Assembly (NCBI GenBank): GCA_051294375.1
Contig: CM119271.1
Location: 4,093,990-4,157,989, forward strand
Direction of reading: 5' to 3'
Origin: Paraspadella gotoi
Lineage: Eukaryota > Animalia > Chaetognatha
Length of the DNA stretch: 64,000 bases
Below the pieces are notes generated by a model. The model ran no database searches. It was not told the origin of the DNA and was given only the letters and a program-made list of their open reading frames with translations. This document shows positions 38,001-53,297 of the stretch, in pieces (the first letter of the stretch is position 1; each line of letters starts with the position of its first letter). The position numbers and the translations under genes are program-made.

Positions 38001-41000
38001 GTATCGAATGTCCCCGGCATCTTCAAAGATGTTCAGGAGTTACACCTGCGTACACACTTGACGAGGGAAAGAAAGAAGAGGGGCCACAGCATGTCACGAA
38101 GGCGAGACAGAGGTACACACCGGACAGCGGACCGACGAGCGAGGGCGTCCAGAGCTAGGCAGAAAAAGCACAATTCGAGAATAGGCGTCATCAAACGCAG
38201 TCGAAGGAACCCGGTTCTGACACACGGGATTCGCACACACGAGAACGCGCGTTGCAGTGGAAAAATAACGATATACGAGGATCTCGTCGTAACGTACGTA
38301 ACGGAACGCCTGACCGTATATTCTTGCATCGCTTATAAGTAAATTGTAAAAGAAAAAGAGTGATAAATGTTTATAAAATCTCAAATTCGAATAATTCAAG
38401 CCAAAAATTAGAAGCTAAACATGTATCAACAGTATTTTTTTTCTCGCCTATGTCTAATCGCACAGAGCAGTGTGAATCAACTTAAAATATTTATAACCTC
38501 GTTATAAAATCAAAAAAAGCGTCTAGAGTTTACTTCTCAAAATTCAAGTATAACGCATCGATAACCGTTTATTTTGTTTTGAATATCAATAGAAATCAAC
38601 ATACGGATTTGTTACCGAACGACAGATATAACAAATCTACTTTATGCTTTTTGATATATTTAGAACACATGTCCAAGTTAGTTGATATATAAAAATATAT
38701 ATTAAATTAACTATAAAAAAGCAACGACAAATTAATCTCTTAGATGAGGATGACGAGGGTCTATGCCATAAGCTTCTCACTTCGTATTGTGAGGATAATA
38801 AACGACGTTTGAGTAAGAACAGAGGCTGTATGATCAACAAACACAAGAGAGACAAAAAAAAAGAGAACAACGAGAATTCACTGCATGTTATTGAAAACAC
38901 CGTCTAATTAGTTAAGCTCTTGAGCAGGATTAATAATTATCTCACAAAACCGTGCTCAAGAGAGCTGACTTTTTAAAGACGATATACAAACTTTACCGTA
39001 ATTTTCATAAATACGCAATATTCTAACGGCGACGAGTAAGGCCATTGCAATCCCAAAGCAGGAAAACAAAAGAGTAACTGTTAGCGACTCAATTTAATAA
39101 TAAAGGCCGCTGATGGCAGTACGCAATCTATAAAAGCTAGCCTCGTGTCTAAAATAGGGACTAAAAAATGATTCTACCAGAGTGGTATGCAAACCGGTGC
39201 GATCCGGGTTCAAGTTCCCTGAGAAGTAATCGCACAAAGAGTCAAACACCAAAAGAGAAAAAGAAGTTCGGAAAAAATAGCCGCTAGCTACCAGAACGCA
39301 CGGTTGGATGGGAGTATAAACAGCCCAGACAGGCCCCGGGTGACTGTCTGTCAGCAGATAGTAGCCATACCGCTTTAGCCCCTTTACAACGTTAGCATAG
39401 AAGACACAGAAGGAGAGATCATACCCGCTGCTACGGAGGACACAATGGATCCCGGTTGAAAAACGAATTGGGAGATACTAAACAATTATCATCCTCAAGA
39501 GACAACGCCCCAGGGTATGTGGAAGTCAATGTCCTCCCCTTAGCCCTTTCCTTACGAGAGATCAACAGAAAACATGAGACATTTAAAATACCGATACTCC
39601 AACGCCGGTTGGAAGGAAGACATAACAATGGGAATAACACACAGGCCGCCGAGGAATATAGATCAGTACCATAGCAATAAAATACCTCACCTTAGCCCCT
39701 TTCTTAACGAAAACACGGAAAAAATAAGGGGTAAGCACAGACGCTGATCCAAATTTATTAGAAATTCTTATTTATTTCACCAACTACCAACAGAATGACA
39801 AGAAGAAGAAGCAAAAGGTGCTTACAAGAGAAAATCAACCCGTGGCTGCCGGGAGATACGTGAAAGGCTCGAGTGGTCGGAAGTCGTTTCCTACGATGAG
39901 ACAAAATAAAATTCGGATCTTCTCTAGAAGCGAGACAAATCAGGTCGAAGCATACAAGCGTTCGGGTATTTCATGAGCAGATTTATATCGGATTAGAGAC
40001 AAGCTGATAGGTAGTTATCGCGGTGTATTATTATTTGAAGAATGTGTATATTAGAAAATATTAAATAATAAAAACCTATTAACCGTAGTACGGAAAAACG
40101 ACATGTAGCGACCCTGGCCAGATTTAATAAAAAAAGACAAAAACAAGTAACATAAGATAACTAATATTGAGGAAACAAAACCTTAGTAAAAACTAGCCAT
40201 AAGAAATTATAGCATGTATTAAGACTGTACCCAAAGGATATTGAAGTATACATAAAATTGTTTTTAATTAATTGATTGTTTCAATGAAGTTTACAGAGTA
40301 CCACTCCACCAAACGAAAACAACAAACAGTAATACTACTAGCCCTAGACACTCTGACGCGATGCAATATAGTCGCGAGAACGAGTTGAGGACGTTTAACA
40401 AGAAGGTAGACAATCTTGAAGATTCGTTAATCGATTACCTCATGGCGGACCTTCGAGCAAGGATAGGAGAGAAGGCAGTTTACGTCGTAGTTGAGATGAG
40501 TTGAGAAGTAGTAGTGCCTAAAAAGATGTGAAGCTGAAGGGAAAATGTGGAAGGATCGTAAGGGCACGTAAATAAAGGGCCAGTTATAATTCTGGTTCTG
40601 TCAGATCTGAATCAAGTCATGGTGAGTACCGATTTAGTCTAGCTACAACTAAATAATTGTAGAAATTTAAAATTTAATGTCGCTAAGAAAAAGTAAGAAT
40701 AAAAGATTAATATTTCTGAATTGTGTTAAGATTCAAAACAGTAGACTAGTGCACTGATATTGGCGAAAAAGAAAAATATTGGTAAAACAAAATATTGTTA
40801 GCGATGTACAAATAAGATACATATAGAATAACGAAGTCGATAAACAATCAAATTTTTGTGATATAGAATATATATACCAATAACATAAATAGAGAAGAAA
40901 ATTATTATTCTTTTATTAAAATTTAAGTAATTGTCTTTTATATTATTCTTAAAATATATTACTAACGCACGCGGGTTCTCGGACAATTAGAAAGTCATAA

Positions 41001-44000
41001 AGCCCACCAACCATGTTCCAATAAAGAGGAGAATCAGTGAACCAGAGAAAGAAAAGAGGATTTTAAAGAGATCTTATCGCAAATCAAAGATTATTACAAG
41101 ATTAACAGTTCGTCGGACAAATTATTTAATGTCCTCGTGATTGTTCTTGCAAGAACGGTGACGGATAATGAAGTTTGATGACGAGATCAGAAAATAACCT
41201 GGGGGAGGTCTGGAGGAAAAGAGAAAGAGCGTTCTTTGATTTCAGTTACAAAGACTTGGAACAACAGGTTACAAAGGGGGTTGAACAAAAATTCACCCTG
41301 AAATAAACACGATACGTTTCCTTAAATAACTAAGTTATTCCCAAATTGCCCTAACCAACATGTAGCTCAGCCAATCGAGTAAAGTAGTACCTCTTGAAAG
41401 GACAGGACCTGTTCCCAAAGATGCGATTCACCCTCGGTTTAATAATTGTCTCTTAGGGTCAATCGACAAAAGGGTAGAAGAAAAAAAACTATACTTAATG
41501 CATGATACCAGGGAGAACGATCACGTGACGAATGATAAGGATCATGCGAACACGGGGAGTCGGAATGGGTGCCAATTATGGAGAGAACAAAAGATAATGC
41601 ATCGCAAATCGCGGAGGATGACGATACAGAAATAGCTGGGGTTCAAGTTTTAAAAAGCTGTGTGCAAACTAAGCTACACGGCACGATCTAAATATTTGGG
41701 GTCGCTTCGCGAGGAGTACAAGCCCCTACTCTCCAGCGGCAGGATCCAATGTTGTAAAACGCCGAGAGAGATAAATAGGAGGCTAAGAAGGAGTAAGGCG
41801 TAGTGAAAGTTACATACGAAAATTCTATAAAAGTCAATTATGAACACACATACCATCCAGTGAACATTAATTTATAAAAAAAAATTAATTTTATGTTTTT
41901 TTAATAATATACTTTCGAGTACGCTGAGGTAAACAGACTGTTCAATTCTAATATAATAATAGCTTTTGTTTCTATATATATTATAAAATATTTGTTTAAA
42001 GTTTTTTAAACCACATGCACCACCCAAACTTACCGAGAATGAAATTATTTAAGAAATGATATATAATGAATTTCTTATTAAAAAACAAACTATTGACGAG
42101 GAATTTATGAATTACATAAATCCTGCAATGCAAAATTCTGTAATAACTAATTATATCCGGGAGAGATTTTATAAAGGATAACGTACTATAGTATATAAAT
42201 ATAGGCCGACTGCGAAAAAAAGGAGTGTAGAGAAAAGGAAGATACATGGGCATCCTAACCCACACAAGAAGTAATTCCCTCACGCGGGATTTCCTCCGAC
42301 AAGGGCGCGGATTCCTCCCCAAGGGGATGAATAACCTCAGCACCAATGGATGCTCTACCGAAGGCAGAGAGGCATATCAAGTAGATACAAGACACGAGGA
42401 TATACCTCCCAAAAACAGACAGTCATTTGCCATCCAAGAGGGAAACTACATGGAACGCGGACTTCACTTCCCACAAAAAGGAAAAGGAGTTGTCCTACAG
42501 CCAAGAACGCGGAAGAAGATTCCTCCCCAACTACGGGTACGCTACCCAACAAATATTACCTAACCTCAATGATGAAATACCATGAAACCAAAGGATTAAC
42601 ACTTGCCAAAGATACGGGATACCATCACCACGCGGTATTAAAAGAATAAGATGCGCTACCCATAGGGCCGAATAATCTCCCACAGTATGGGAAAACACCC
42701 TAACCGCACACGAAGAATTCCTCCTACAGCGGAAAGAGATTCCCTCCCACCCAAGCGAGACTTATCCCAATGACGGAAATTCTACGCCAACGCGGGATTC
42801 CTACCACGGCCGAGGGAGAATTACCTTCACCAGAGGTATATATTAGATGTAGATTTAATAGAAGGGGCAAGGGAATTTCACCACCCTCACACGCGGGATT
42901 CACGCGTAACGGCACCGACGGGCAATATCCTTCCACGACGGGATTCCTCCCAATAAGAGCGACTTCCTGCCCCACGCAAAGAAAATGGAAAAAAAGGACA
43001 AAAAAAAAAAAGACCAAAAATAAACAAGAAGGCAACAAGTCCAAAAAAAAAGTAAAAAAAAGGTGACGGGATTCCTCCCAGTCGTGGAAATGTCCTACCC
43101 ACGGGGGCAAATTGCGCTCACACATAGTATGCAGAGGAGGATACTTCAAACCTCGATAAACCCACGCAAGGGAATCCCTCACCGCAGAAATGAGACAGGC
43201 GATTCCTCCACCCGGGATTCCCTCACACAGGCGAACGAATTTACTAACCACAAGTCAAGATGGAAATGTAAAAGACCTACAACAGGGCGGATCACCTCCC
43301 CACGCAACACGAGATATTCCTGCACCAACAACCTGGAGAAGTTAAGACTCCCCACCACGGATCGAGAAGACAGAGAGGATTTCTCACCACGTCCAAATAC
43401 AAAAAAGAAAGACAAAAGTTTTAGAGCCAAAACAAAGGAAAGAAAAAAAAAAGAGACCAGTCAGAATAAAAAAAAAAGAAAAAGGTAGCAAAATAGAGTG
43501 AGAAGATAAGGAAAGGAGCAAAGTAGTCCGGAATGATCATATGCACCTAAAGCGGAATAATCTACGAAGTGGTATAAAGCTGAAAACTTGAAGTCAACCT
43601 GTATGCATAATTCATAAAAAGGATCAATCTTGCACACATTATTTTGGAGGAAGGATCAACCTGGGCATACTTTGGTCAACTGACAAAATTTGGTAAACTG
43701 GCATAATTTGGTCAACAGGCATAATTTGGTCAACTGGCATAATTTGGTTAACTCTGCAGAATTTGTCAACTGGCATATTTTTGTCAATTGCATAATTTGG
43801 TCAATCAATCAATCAATCAGAGAGAGATAAGAGAGAGAAATTTAAAAAAATTCAAATAAATGTGTCTTTTGTTTTTCTAATTTGAACTCTTTCCACAACT
43901 AACGTTACATCAAAAAATTTATAATTCAGCTTTATCACATACTTTCCTCCCACACACAAAATTTATTTTAATGAATCAATTTTTTTCCTTGAAACAAGAA

Positions 44001-47000
44001 AATGCAACAAGAAAGTTAATCACAATTTAATGGGAGGAAATCCCGTGTGGGAGGAATCTCTGTGTGAGGAATCCCGTGTGGGAGGAAATGAGTGGGAGGA
44101 AATCGGAGGAGTGAGGAATCCCTTTGAGGAATCCCGCGTGGGAGGAATCCCGTGTGGGCGTGGAATCCTCCCGGAGCGAAAGAAATCCCGCGTGGAGGAA
44201 TACCAACGCCTGTGGAGGAATCCCGCGGTGGGAGGAATCCGTGTGGGAGAATCCTCGCTGGTGGGAGGAATCCCTGCGTGGGAGGAATCCGTGTGGAGGA
44301 ATCCCGCTGTGGGAGGAATCCCGCCCGTGGGAGGAATCCGTGTGGGAGGAATTCCGTGTGGAGGAATTCTTTGGGTCCCGTGCTGGGAGGTAATCCAGAG
44401 TGGGAGGAATCCCTATGCGGGAAGAATTCCANNNNNNNNNNNNNNNNNNNNNNNNNCCTCCCACGCGGGATTTCTCCCACGTCAATTAAAAAAAAACAAG
44501 TTTGAGCAAACAATGTCGGATCTGCCTACGATAATTAAGTGGTAATAAGCTAACTTGGTCAACTTGCATAATTTAATCAACTTGCATTATTTGGTCAACT
44601 GGCATACTTTGTCAACTGACAAAATTTGGTAAACTGGCATAATTTGGTCAACAGGCATAATTTGGTCAACTGGCATAATTTGGTTAACCTGCAGAATTTG
44701 GTCAACTGGCATATTTTTGTCATTGGCATAATTTGGTCAATCAATCAATCAATCAGAGAGAGATAAGAGAGAGAAATTTTAAAAAAATTCAAATAAATGT
44801 GTCTTTTGTTTTTCTAATTTGAACTCTTTTCCACAACTACGATTACATCAAAAAAATTTATATTCAGCTTTATCACATACTTTCCTACCCACACACAAAA
44901 TTTTATTTTAATGAATCAATTTTTTTCCTTGAAACAAGAACATGCAACAAGAAAGTTAATCACAATTTAATGGGAGGAATCCCGTGTGGGAGGAATCCTG
45001 TGTGGGAGGAATCCCGTGTGGGAGGAAATCAGTGTGGGAGGAAATCAGTGTGGGAGAATCCCTTGTAGGAGGAATCCCGCGTGGGAGGAATCCCGTGTGG
45101 GTGGAATCCCGAGTAGGAAGAATCCCGCGTGGGAGGAATCCCGTGTGGGAGGAATCCCGCGTGGGAGGAATCCGTGTGGGAGGAATCCGTGTGGGAGGAA
45201 TCCTGCGTGGAGGAATCCCGTGTGGGAGGAATCCCGTGTGGGAGGAATCCCGCGTGGGAGGAATCCCGTGTGGGAGGAATCCCGTGTGGGAGGAATTCTT
45301 TGGGGAGGAATCCCGTGTGGGAGGAATCCCGAGTGGGAGGAATCCTATGGGGAAGAATTCCATGGGGAGGAATCCCGTGTGGGAGGAATTCCTTGGGGAG
45401 GAATTCCGTGTGGGAGGAATCCCGCGGGAGGAATCCCGTGTGGGAGGAATCCCATGGGGAGGAATCCCGCGTAGGAGGAATCCCGTGTGGGAGAATCCAG
45501 TTGGGAGGAATCCCGTGTGGGAGAATACCACAGCCACCATATAATATATAAAAAATAATTATCCCGTGTGGGAGGAATCCCATGGGGAGGAATCCCGCGT
45601 AGGAGGAATCCCGTGTGGGAAGAATCCAGTTGGGAGGAATCCCGTGTGGGAGGAATACCACAGCCACCATATAATATATAAAAAATTAATTTTCAGCTTA
45701 AATATAGCTTTTTCTAATTTTTGACCCACTTAATAAAGGAATTTTTAATTTTTTTAATAACTTTTTATGACGAATTCAAATCTGCAAAAAAAAAATCTTA
45801 GAAAAAACTTTTATGAAATTTTAACATTTATTGGTTTAATATTAGTATAAATATGGCCTACTGCGTAAATTATAAAATTTATTATAATTTTTTTATTACA
45901 TAAATGTTTATTAATATAATATTGTTCGTTCCTCACTTTTAAAATTTTAATTAAAAAGTTAAATTTATAAATTTTACTACGCCTTACTGAAGAGGTCGAT
46001 ACAAGCGATAAATCCGGCGACAGAAAAGAAAAAGATTCGGGACACGAACTCGTAGACAAATGGATGAAATGGACGAAAGGGCGACGGATAAAAATGGACC
46101 CCGCGGGAGAGAGGGTGACGAGAGGGCGTGGCGGTTTCGCGAAAAAAAAATGGAACGGCCCCGTAAATCGGTGGGTTTATTTTAAACGTTTTTCTCCGTT
46201 ATTTTTATTCACATTTATCTTCCTTTAAATAGTTTTAGGCATTTCTCATAGATTAAAATTTCGTCACAAAGCAACATTTATTATTTTAAACGTGAGACGC
46301 TCACCGAAGACTGATTATTCACGAGGTTGATGACAGTTGATTCGCTTCCCTTGTCGACGAGATCCGGTTTGGTCACCACGCCGAGGGTTCGCTCTCCGTC
46401 GGGGTCAACCTTAAAATGGAAGAACAGGTTGACTTGGTTTACTTTCTCGATTTGAATAAATAAATAATTGTAAAAACTATTTGGGTTGTAAAATTTGTAA
46501 CTAAAGGATGTGTATATTTAAAACATGAATCTGGTTTTGAGACTGTTATTGTTTTCGGTTGTTGTCGTTTTCATTCCTTACGCTTTTGGCGAATTTGATG
46601 GCTTCCACATTAGCGACGTCGACATTGGCGGGGCAGACGACGAGGATGATGGTGTTAGGCTGCTCGATGTAACTGGAAAGTAATAATATGACCAAAGGTT
46701 GAGTCATTACAAATGATCTCACATAAAAAAATCTTAAAAGCATAAGGATCGTCGCAATAGCATAAGAAAAATCTGGATTGAGGACAAATTTTGATACAAA
46801 AAAAATAAAATTTGAGAAAAAAAAATTAAATTATAAACAAAGAAAANNNNNNNNNNNNNNNNNNNNNNNNNGAAGAAACAAATTACCCCTGCGCTAGAGT
46901 TGTGTGGCGGGTCTTGTCAATAAAAAAACGACTAATCTTTAAAGTAACGGAACGAAAATCAAAATTAATGTTTCTGACAAAATAGATAAACTCTGATAAG

Positions 47001-50000
47001 CATGGCACGACATGCGAAAGCTATAATGTTACGCAGTTCAATCCCTAATAACGTGAGAGACGAGAGAGAGAAAGATGAGAGAGAAGACGACAGGCCGAGA
47101 AAAAGACAAGATAATCAAAACAGCAGCACAGAACAGCAGCAGTAGAGAAGAGAGAAAAAGAAAGAGCCACTGCAGAGCCAGCTGCAGACTCAACACATCG
47201 CCAGCAGCAGCAAGCAGCAGCGCAGAACAAGGAGGAGAAAAAGAATAAGCCCCTGCCAGCAGCCAGCTTTGCAAGACATCGTTTTTTCTCCCACTGATTA
47301 GTGAATCCGGTGACTAGCGAAAAGAGGAAGAGGGAGAGAGACATGCTAATAAAAGCAGAATAAGAGAGACTGAGAAAGAGCATTGATCCGAAAATAGCAA
47401 CAGATCAGAAAATTTGGTTTGTTTTTGATAAACCGCCTAAACAAACATATTTTTAATCAACTCGCTCGCAGCACTCCCAATTTTCAAGCACACTCTCCAT
47501 GCACTGGAGAAACGCCCTGCTAATCATAAAAACTTCTTCCAGCTTCATACCACGACCCCAAATTTAATGCAGTCAATTAAAAGGACCTCATCCCTATGGT
47601 CAATCTTGGAACCGCCCGTACGACAAACCAACCACAACCGACCGCCACCCAGACGCACCCACCGGCCGACTCGCCCCACTTTGACCCGCCGCACAAGAGC
47701 GGCTTAGCCAACTATGGCGTCCCCGCCCCAAACGCGCTAGCGTGATTGGCGACCTCGATTAACAAGCCACCCGATCTTTATAATAGCCCCACGGATCGTT
47801 GCCTGTGAACATCTGGGCATGCTCACTGTTTGCTTTGGGGGATTCCCGACTATCCTCAGCAGTGACGATACCTCCCTGCGATCACCGTGAGCGTCGGGTT
47901 TCCCTAGGGACCGGCGTCTCGCCTTTACCAAGCACAGGAATAGTCGTTAGGACGCCGTGCGATGGAACCCTAAGCTGCGTTTAGGATAGTGTGAGCCACG
48001 CCCTCTGAGACCAATCGAGATTGGAATGAATATAGGTGTGAAGTGAGGCCTGTGGTTGATGGTCTTTGATTCAAGCCACGTAACAGTTCACATCAAGACA
48101 TTGAAACTCGGCAAGAGAAAAGCTAAAGTAAAAGAGCCAGTTCTGAAAATCGAACTAGCATAAATCAGTGACCTCGGGTTTGAGTCATATTGCGCTTTAG
48201 ATTTGAGGTCGTCAACTGTCCGCGACTTCGCTGATGCGTCCCGCGGCGAGCCGCACACCCGATGCCGGGCCAGTATCCGAACAGGCGGTCAGATTTCGGG
48301 GCACGCATGGCGCGCTAGAGCCTCGCAGCTTTGGATTCTGCCACGGTTGACACCGCCAGTCCCCGAATTCGCGCCCGTCCAAGTCGTTCGTGGGCCTGCC
48401 AGGCGAATCCGCCCGCATCGGATCTCACCTCCATGCCGTGATGCCGGGATATTGCTGTCCCAGGCCTTTTTTGGCTTGCGCCCCGGTTTATTTTGTAGCT
48501 CCCAGGTGGTTCGGGCGGCGAGAAAAGATCGGATGCGTGGAGTTTCGTAGTGCATTCCTGGTTCGGAGAAAACACAATGATAAAAAATCTTAAAGACGTG
48601 CAAGATGCGAGCCGAGAGCCTACTATGCATTAGGAACAATTAATGAAAAAACCGGGAAAGAAGACGAATGGTCAATCAGTTGCCGGATAGACAGAATTAT
48701 TGACGGGTGTAATAGTTAATTGATTGAGGCTTAATATAATTGGATTGGAGATGTAATAGGTAATTCCTATTGATGTAATAGCAATTGTTATGTTTGGAGT
48801 TGCGATGATAACCAACTATTGATGCCGACTGATAGTCATTTTACTGCCCTGTTGATGCTATATGTCATTCAGCTGATGCCCGCGATGATTGTCATTCCAT
48901 TGATTCGTGATGATAAGTCCCATTAAGTTGACGCGATGTAAATCATATCATCGTAAATTAAAAACAAACAGATGATGGGTGTGATGGAGTTAAATCGAGA
49001 GAGAGAGTAGAGAGAGAGAGACGAAGACTGAGAGAACGAGAGAGAGAGAAAGCAGAGAGGAGAAAGGAAAGAGGAATAAATCCAGAAAATTCTCGGATGT
49101 GAAAACTATGGAATTTTGTTTAAAAAAAATGCGGAGATAAAATCGGGCAAGTAATAAAGTTTTTACTAAGGAAAAAAAATAATCAAATTTTTCAAAAAAA
49201 CAAGACGATCACGCAAGAGATCGGACACGAGGCAGAGACAGACACACCACAGAGAGACACGAGACGAGACAGATGAGAGAAAAATGAGAGAGAGAGAAAG
49301 AGCGCGATAAATAATAATTAAATAGAGACAGAGAGAGAGAGAAACTCCCCACAGCCCCTCTACTCGTCAAAGAATCAAGAGTACCTCTTGGCCGCCGACG
49401 TTAGCCCGTGAGCTCTTCTGCTACCAATGACCCGGGTTTCGCACCCTGTTCGCACCCCTGCTTGATTAGTGATTAAGTGAGCCCTAACATGAAATGAGTA
49501 GTCTCAAAATCTTTTTTGTAAAAAAAGAGCCGAGAAGAGACGGAACTAGACGACGGAGCAATGAGACGGAGAGAGAGAGAGCAAGACAAGAAAAGGCGAC
49601 AAGAAGGCTGGAACAGACCGCTGCCAGGAGCCGGAACTCGGTTTTAGACAAATCAGAAGAAGCAGTGACGCGAGAAAAGAGAGAGAGAGGAGAGCGACAA
49701 TATATTTAAAGAAACGAGTCAGAGAGACAGCGACCATTAATTTAAAAACGTTTTTTTTTGGTAATAATAAGAACGTACTAACAACTATAACAATAGCGAA
49801 TACTTGATAGTGGAACGAGTGGACAATTTTTAAAGATTCGGTGGATCGATGAGAATTCTCCGATGATCATCACCATGTACATAATGTCCATATCTCAAGA
49901 ACTTCTCACGCTATGATATGCACGACGTTTCAATGAAGCATGGATGGGTGCAGAAAAAGCGTGGACCGAATTAGAGCTAAGCCGAATCAGAAGAGGTCTA

Positions 50001-53000
50001 GCCAGACGGGGCGGGTTCGCTAGCGGGTAGCCGCACTCAAGTGGGTTGAGTCGAAACAATCTGTAGGGGCGAGGAGTACATGGCTTCACAGACGAACCGA
50101 TGTTAGACAGTTTTTAATAAAGTACGTTCAGATGGGACAAAAAGGCAATTTCTAGATGGACTGGCTGCTGAGTAGCCCGTAGTAATTAATTTTTTAAATA
50201 TTTAGTTTACGTAGATAGGAAAGGGCCAAAACATTTTTTTAAACGCAATCTTGTTATCTCAATAATTTACGATACCACCCTAGCATTTACAGCCTGATGA
50301 GTAGTCGTTCATGGTGGAGATATAGTATAGTCCGTGCACAAGAGTATAGATTGCTTTTTTTAAAGGGGTAGTTTGTTACGGAATGTTAAGTGTGTTCAGA
50401 AAAATAAGAGAACAAAGGGAACCATAAAAGATCGATCTTATCATTCATCATCTTTCTGTACTGATTTCGGGCCTGTAGTGGGCTCCTGTTCGTTTGCTTT
50501 GCCCATTGTATTCAGCTTGGAGAACGTCGCGTAAGAATTTGATAACAAAGCTGGGGTGAATTGATCATTTCCTGGGTTTGCTGGTGTAACTTTTATAGCT
50601 TCATCGGAATCCATCAGAAAAAATTTCAAAGATTTTTCAAAAAATAATTTTTGCTCCTTATCTATTCAGTTAACAAATAAGTCAGTTTAACTTAGCGCTA
50701 GTACCCTTCCGATAGGAAGCAATTCTTTGACACAAAATATTTTAAATCACCCATAATCTATGCGTCATGATAGATTAAATTTTTACGCGCCTGTTATACG
50801 CGATTAGGCATCTGTCTAAAATTCAGTCGGCTATTGGCCGTAGCTTTTGCCCGCCGTTGTGCCTCCGGATATAAATGATAAAATGGAGAAGCATATACTA
50901 GCCGTATGATAAAAAACATTTTAAGAAGTTAAACCTTAGATTAAGGAACATACTTGATTTTTATCGCCACTGTCCTTACACTAAAAGTTTTTCCAACCCT
51001 TGTGCTTATGACACACTTCGCTTTAAAAACCACCCCACAGGTCCAGACGCCCCACCTGAGCTCTAGAGGCGCCCTCGTCACGATTCCATTTCCTCTCGGG
51101 AGACAGATGCCCGACAACCCTCCACCACAGAGGATTTGCCCGACGATTGGTCGCGCGACGATGACGATGCGAGGCAGACTGATTTGGCTGAAAGAAAAAA
51201 GAAGTTTTAGAAAAGAATATATCGCCGTCGTTAGGTTGTATTGATGTATAGTATATAAAATAATATTGGATAAACGTCACACGTTGTATTCCCCAGCCCC
51301 AGCGAGTGTAGGCTGTCGACGAAATCGAGAAGTGGGCGCACATCTTCGATGAAGGCCGTCGTCAACGCGACGTTCGTGGAACGGAAGAATCGGATGGGGA
51401 GTCTGTCGGGCGAGAACTCTGGAGGAAAAAATAGAAACTCGGATGTTCTTTTGTTTATTTTGAAACAAAAATCCTATTGTCATAGTATTGAAGTTTAAAA
51501 AAAAATGTTTAAAATCAAATTCTCTCTCTCTCTCTCTCTCTCTCTTAGTCCATTTGACCCGACGGCCTTGATCTTGGTGGTCCAAGAGAAAGAGTCGAGG
51601 CTCCGATGCCTGACGAGCGATCGAGTCGAGAGACACGCTCGCTGCTGCTAAGTTTGTCAGAAAAGGTACCGGGCGGGCTAGAAGAGGAGAGAGAGAGAGA
51701 GGAGAGAGTACGATGAGAGGCAGAGTCACGGAGGAAATCGGTCAAAAAGCGTCCGACCGGAGTTGTCGTTTCTCTAGACGCGGTAGTTTCGGATTTAAAC
51801 AAGTGTGCGGTGTAGTGCGGATGATTACTTTCTGTCAGCTTCATACACCCAAATTTAATCATAAAAAAGGCTATATATAATTTGGAACGCCAACGACAAC
51901 AACAACGACGACGACGACAACGACGACGCCGACGCCACTTTTGCGCAAAAGCGTTACAATATCGTCGCAATCGCTAAGCACTATAATGGCACAGCCGGGT
52001 TGCCTGTAACATCTGGGCATCTCACTGTTGGCTTTGGGGGATTCCGACCATCAGTGACGTCTCCTGTCACTGGCGCGGTTTCCCTAGGACGGTCTCGCTT
52101 TGCCAACACAGAGGAAAGTCGTTAGGACCGTGGATGGAACCTAACGCTTTAAGATGTTGCGACGCCCTCTGAGCCAATGAGATTGGATGAATATAGCTGG
52201 AGGTGAGGCGGTGTTTATTCTTTATTCAACCTACTTAACATTCACATCAAGACATTGAAACTCGAAGAAAAGCTAAAATAAAAGACAGTTTTAAAAATCG
52301 AACTCATAAATCATACCTCTTGATCAATGCTTTAATTTGATCGTCAATGTCCGGACTCTGATCGTCGGCGGCGACGCGAACGATGCCGGGCAGATCGACC
52401 ACGGTCAAGTCGGGCACCGATGGCGCGGAGACCTCCAGCTTGATCTCCACGTTGGACACGGCCATCGAATCGCCCGTCAAGTCGTTCTGGGCCTCGCGAA
52501 TCCGATCGTCTACCTCATTCGGATTCGGGATGTCCCAGCCTTTTTGTTCCCCGTTTTTTTTGTAGCTCAGTTTCGCCAAAAAATCGATCGTGGAGTTTCG
52601 TATCATCCTGGAGAAAAACAATGATAAAAATATAAAAATGAGAAATATATACGTATGATAAAAACATTTTAAGAAGTTAAACCTTAGATTAAGGAACATA
52701 CTTGATTTTTATCGCCACTCCTTACACTAAAAGTTTTTCCAACCCTTGTGCTTATGACACACTTCGCTTTAAAAACCCCCCACAGGTCCAGACGCCCCAC
52801 CTGAGCTCTAGAGGCGCCCTCGTCACGATTCCATTTCCTCTCGGGAGACAGATGCCCGACAACGCCTCCACCACAGAGGATTTGCCCGACGATTGGTCGC
52901 CGACGATGACGATGCGAGGCAGACTGATTTGGCTGAAAAGAAAAAAGTTTTAGAAAAGAATATATCGCCGTCTTAGGTTGTATTGAGTATAGATATATAT

Positions 53001-53254
53001 ATTGGATAAACGTCAACCTGTATTCCCCCAGCCCCAGCGAGTGTAGGCTGTCGACGAAATCGAGAAGTGGGCGCACATCTTCGATGAAGGCCGTCGTCAA
53101 CGCGACGTCGTGGAACGGAAGAATCGATGGGGAGTCTGTCGGGCGAGAACTCTGGAGGGAAAAAATAGAAACTCGGATGTTCTTTTGTTTATTTTGAAAA
53201 GAAAAATCCTATTGTCAATAGTATTGAAGTTTAAAAAAAAATGTTTAAAATCAA

Positions 53255-53297
<43 letters not shown>

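Larger units (their letters stand above)
19862..46871. other. Assembly N-gaps at 19862-19871, 27714-27723, 44432-44456 and 46847-46871
   Basis: Runs of n. The first two have short sequence duplicated on both sides (unmerged overlaps). Confidence 0.98.

Noticed and set aside
33993-45670. Long repetitive ORFs ([15 protein letters not shown]...) and a CRISPR-like look
   Set aside because: They are products of a stop-free 16-bp tandem satellite. There are no unique spacers and no cas genes, and the context is a eukaryotic intron.
50950-51700. Apparent third Mx gene (second copy of the N-terminal exons)
   Set aside because: Near-identical to 52690-53430, introns included, but with scattered frame-breaking 1-bp indels within a noisy gap-fill region; treated as an artifact.
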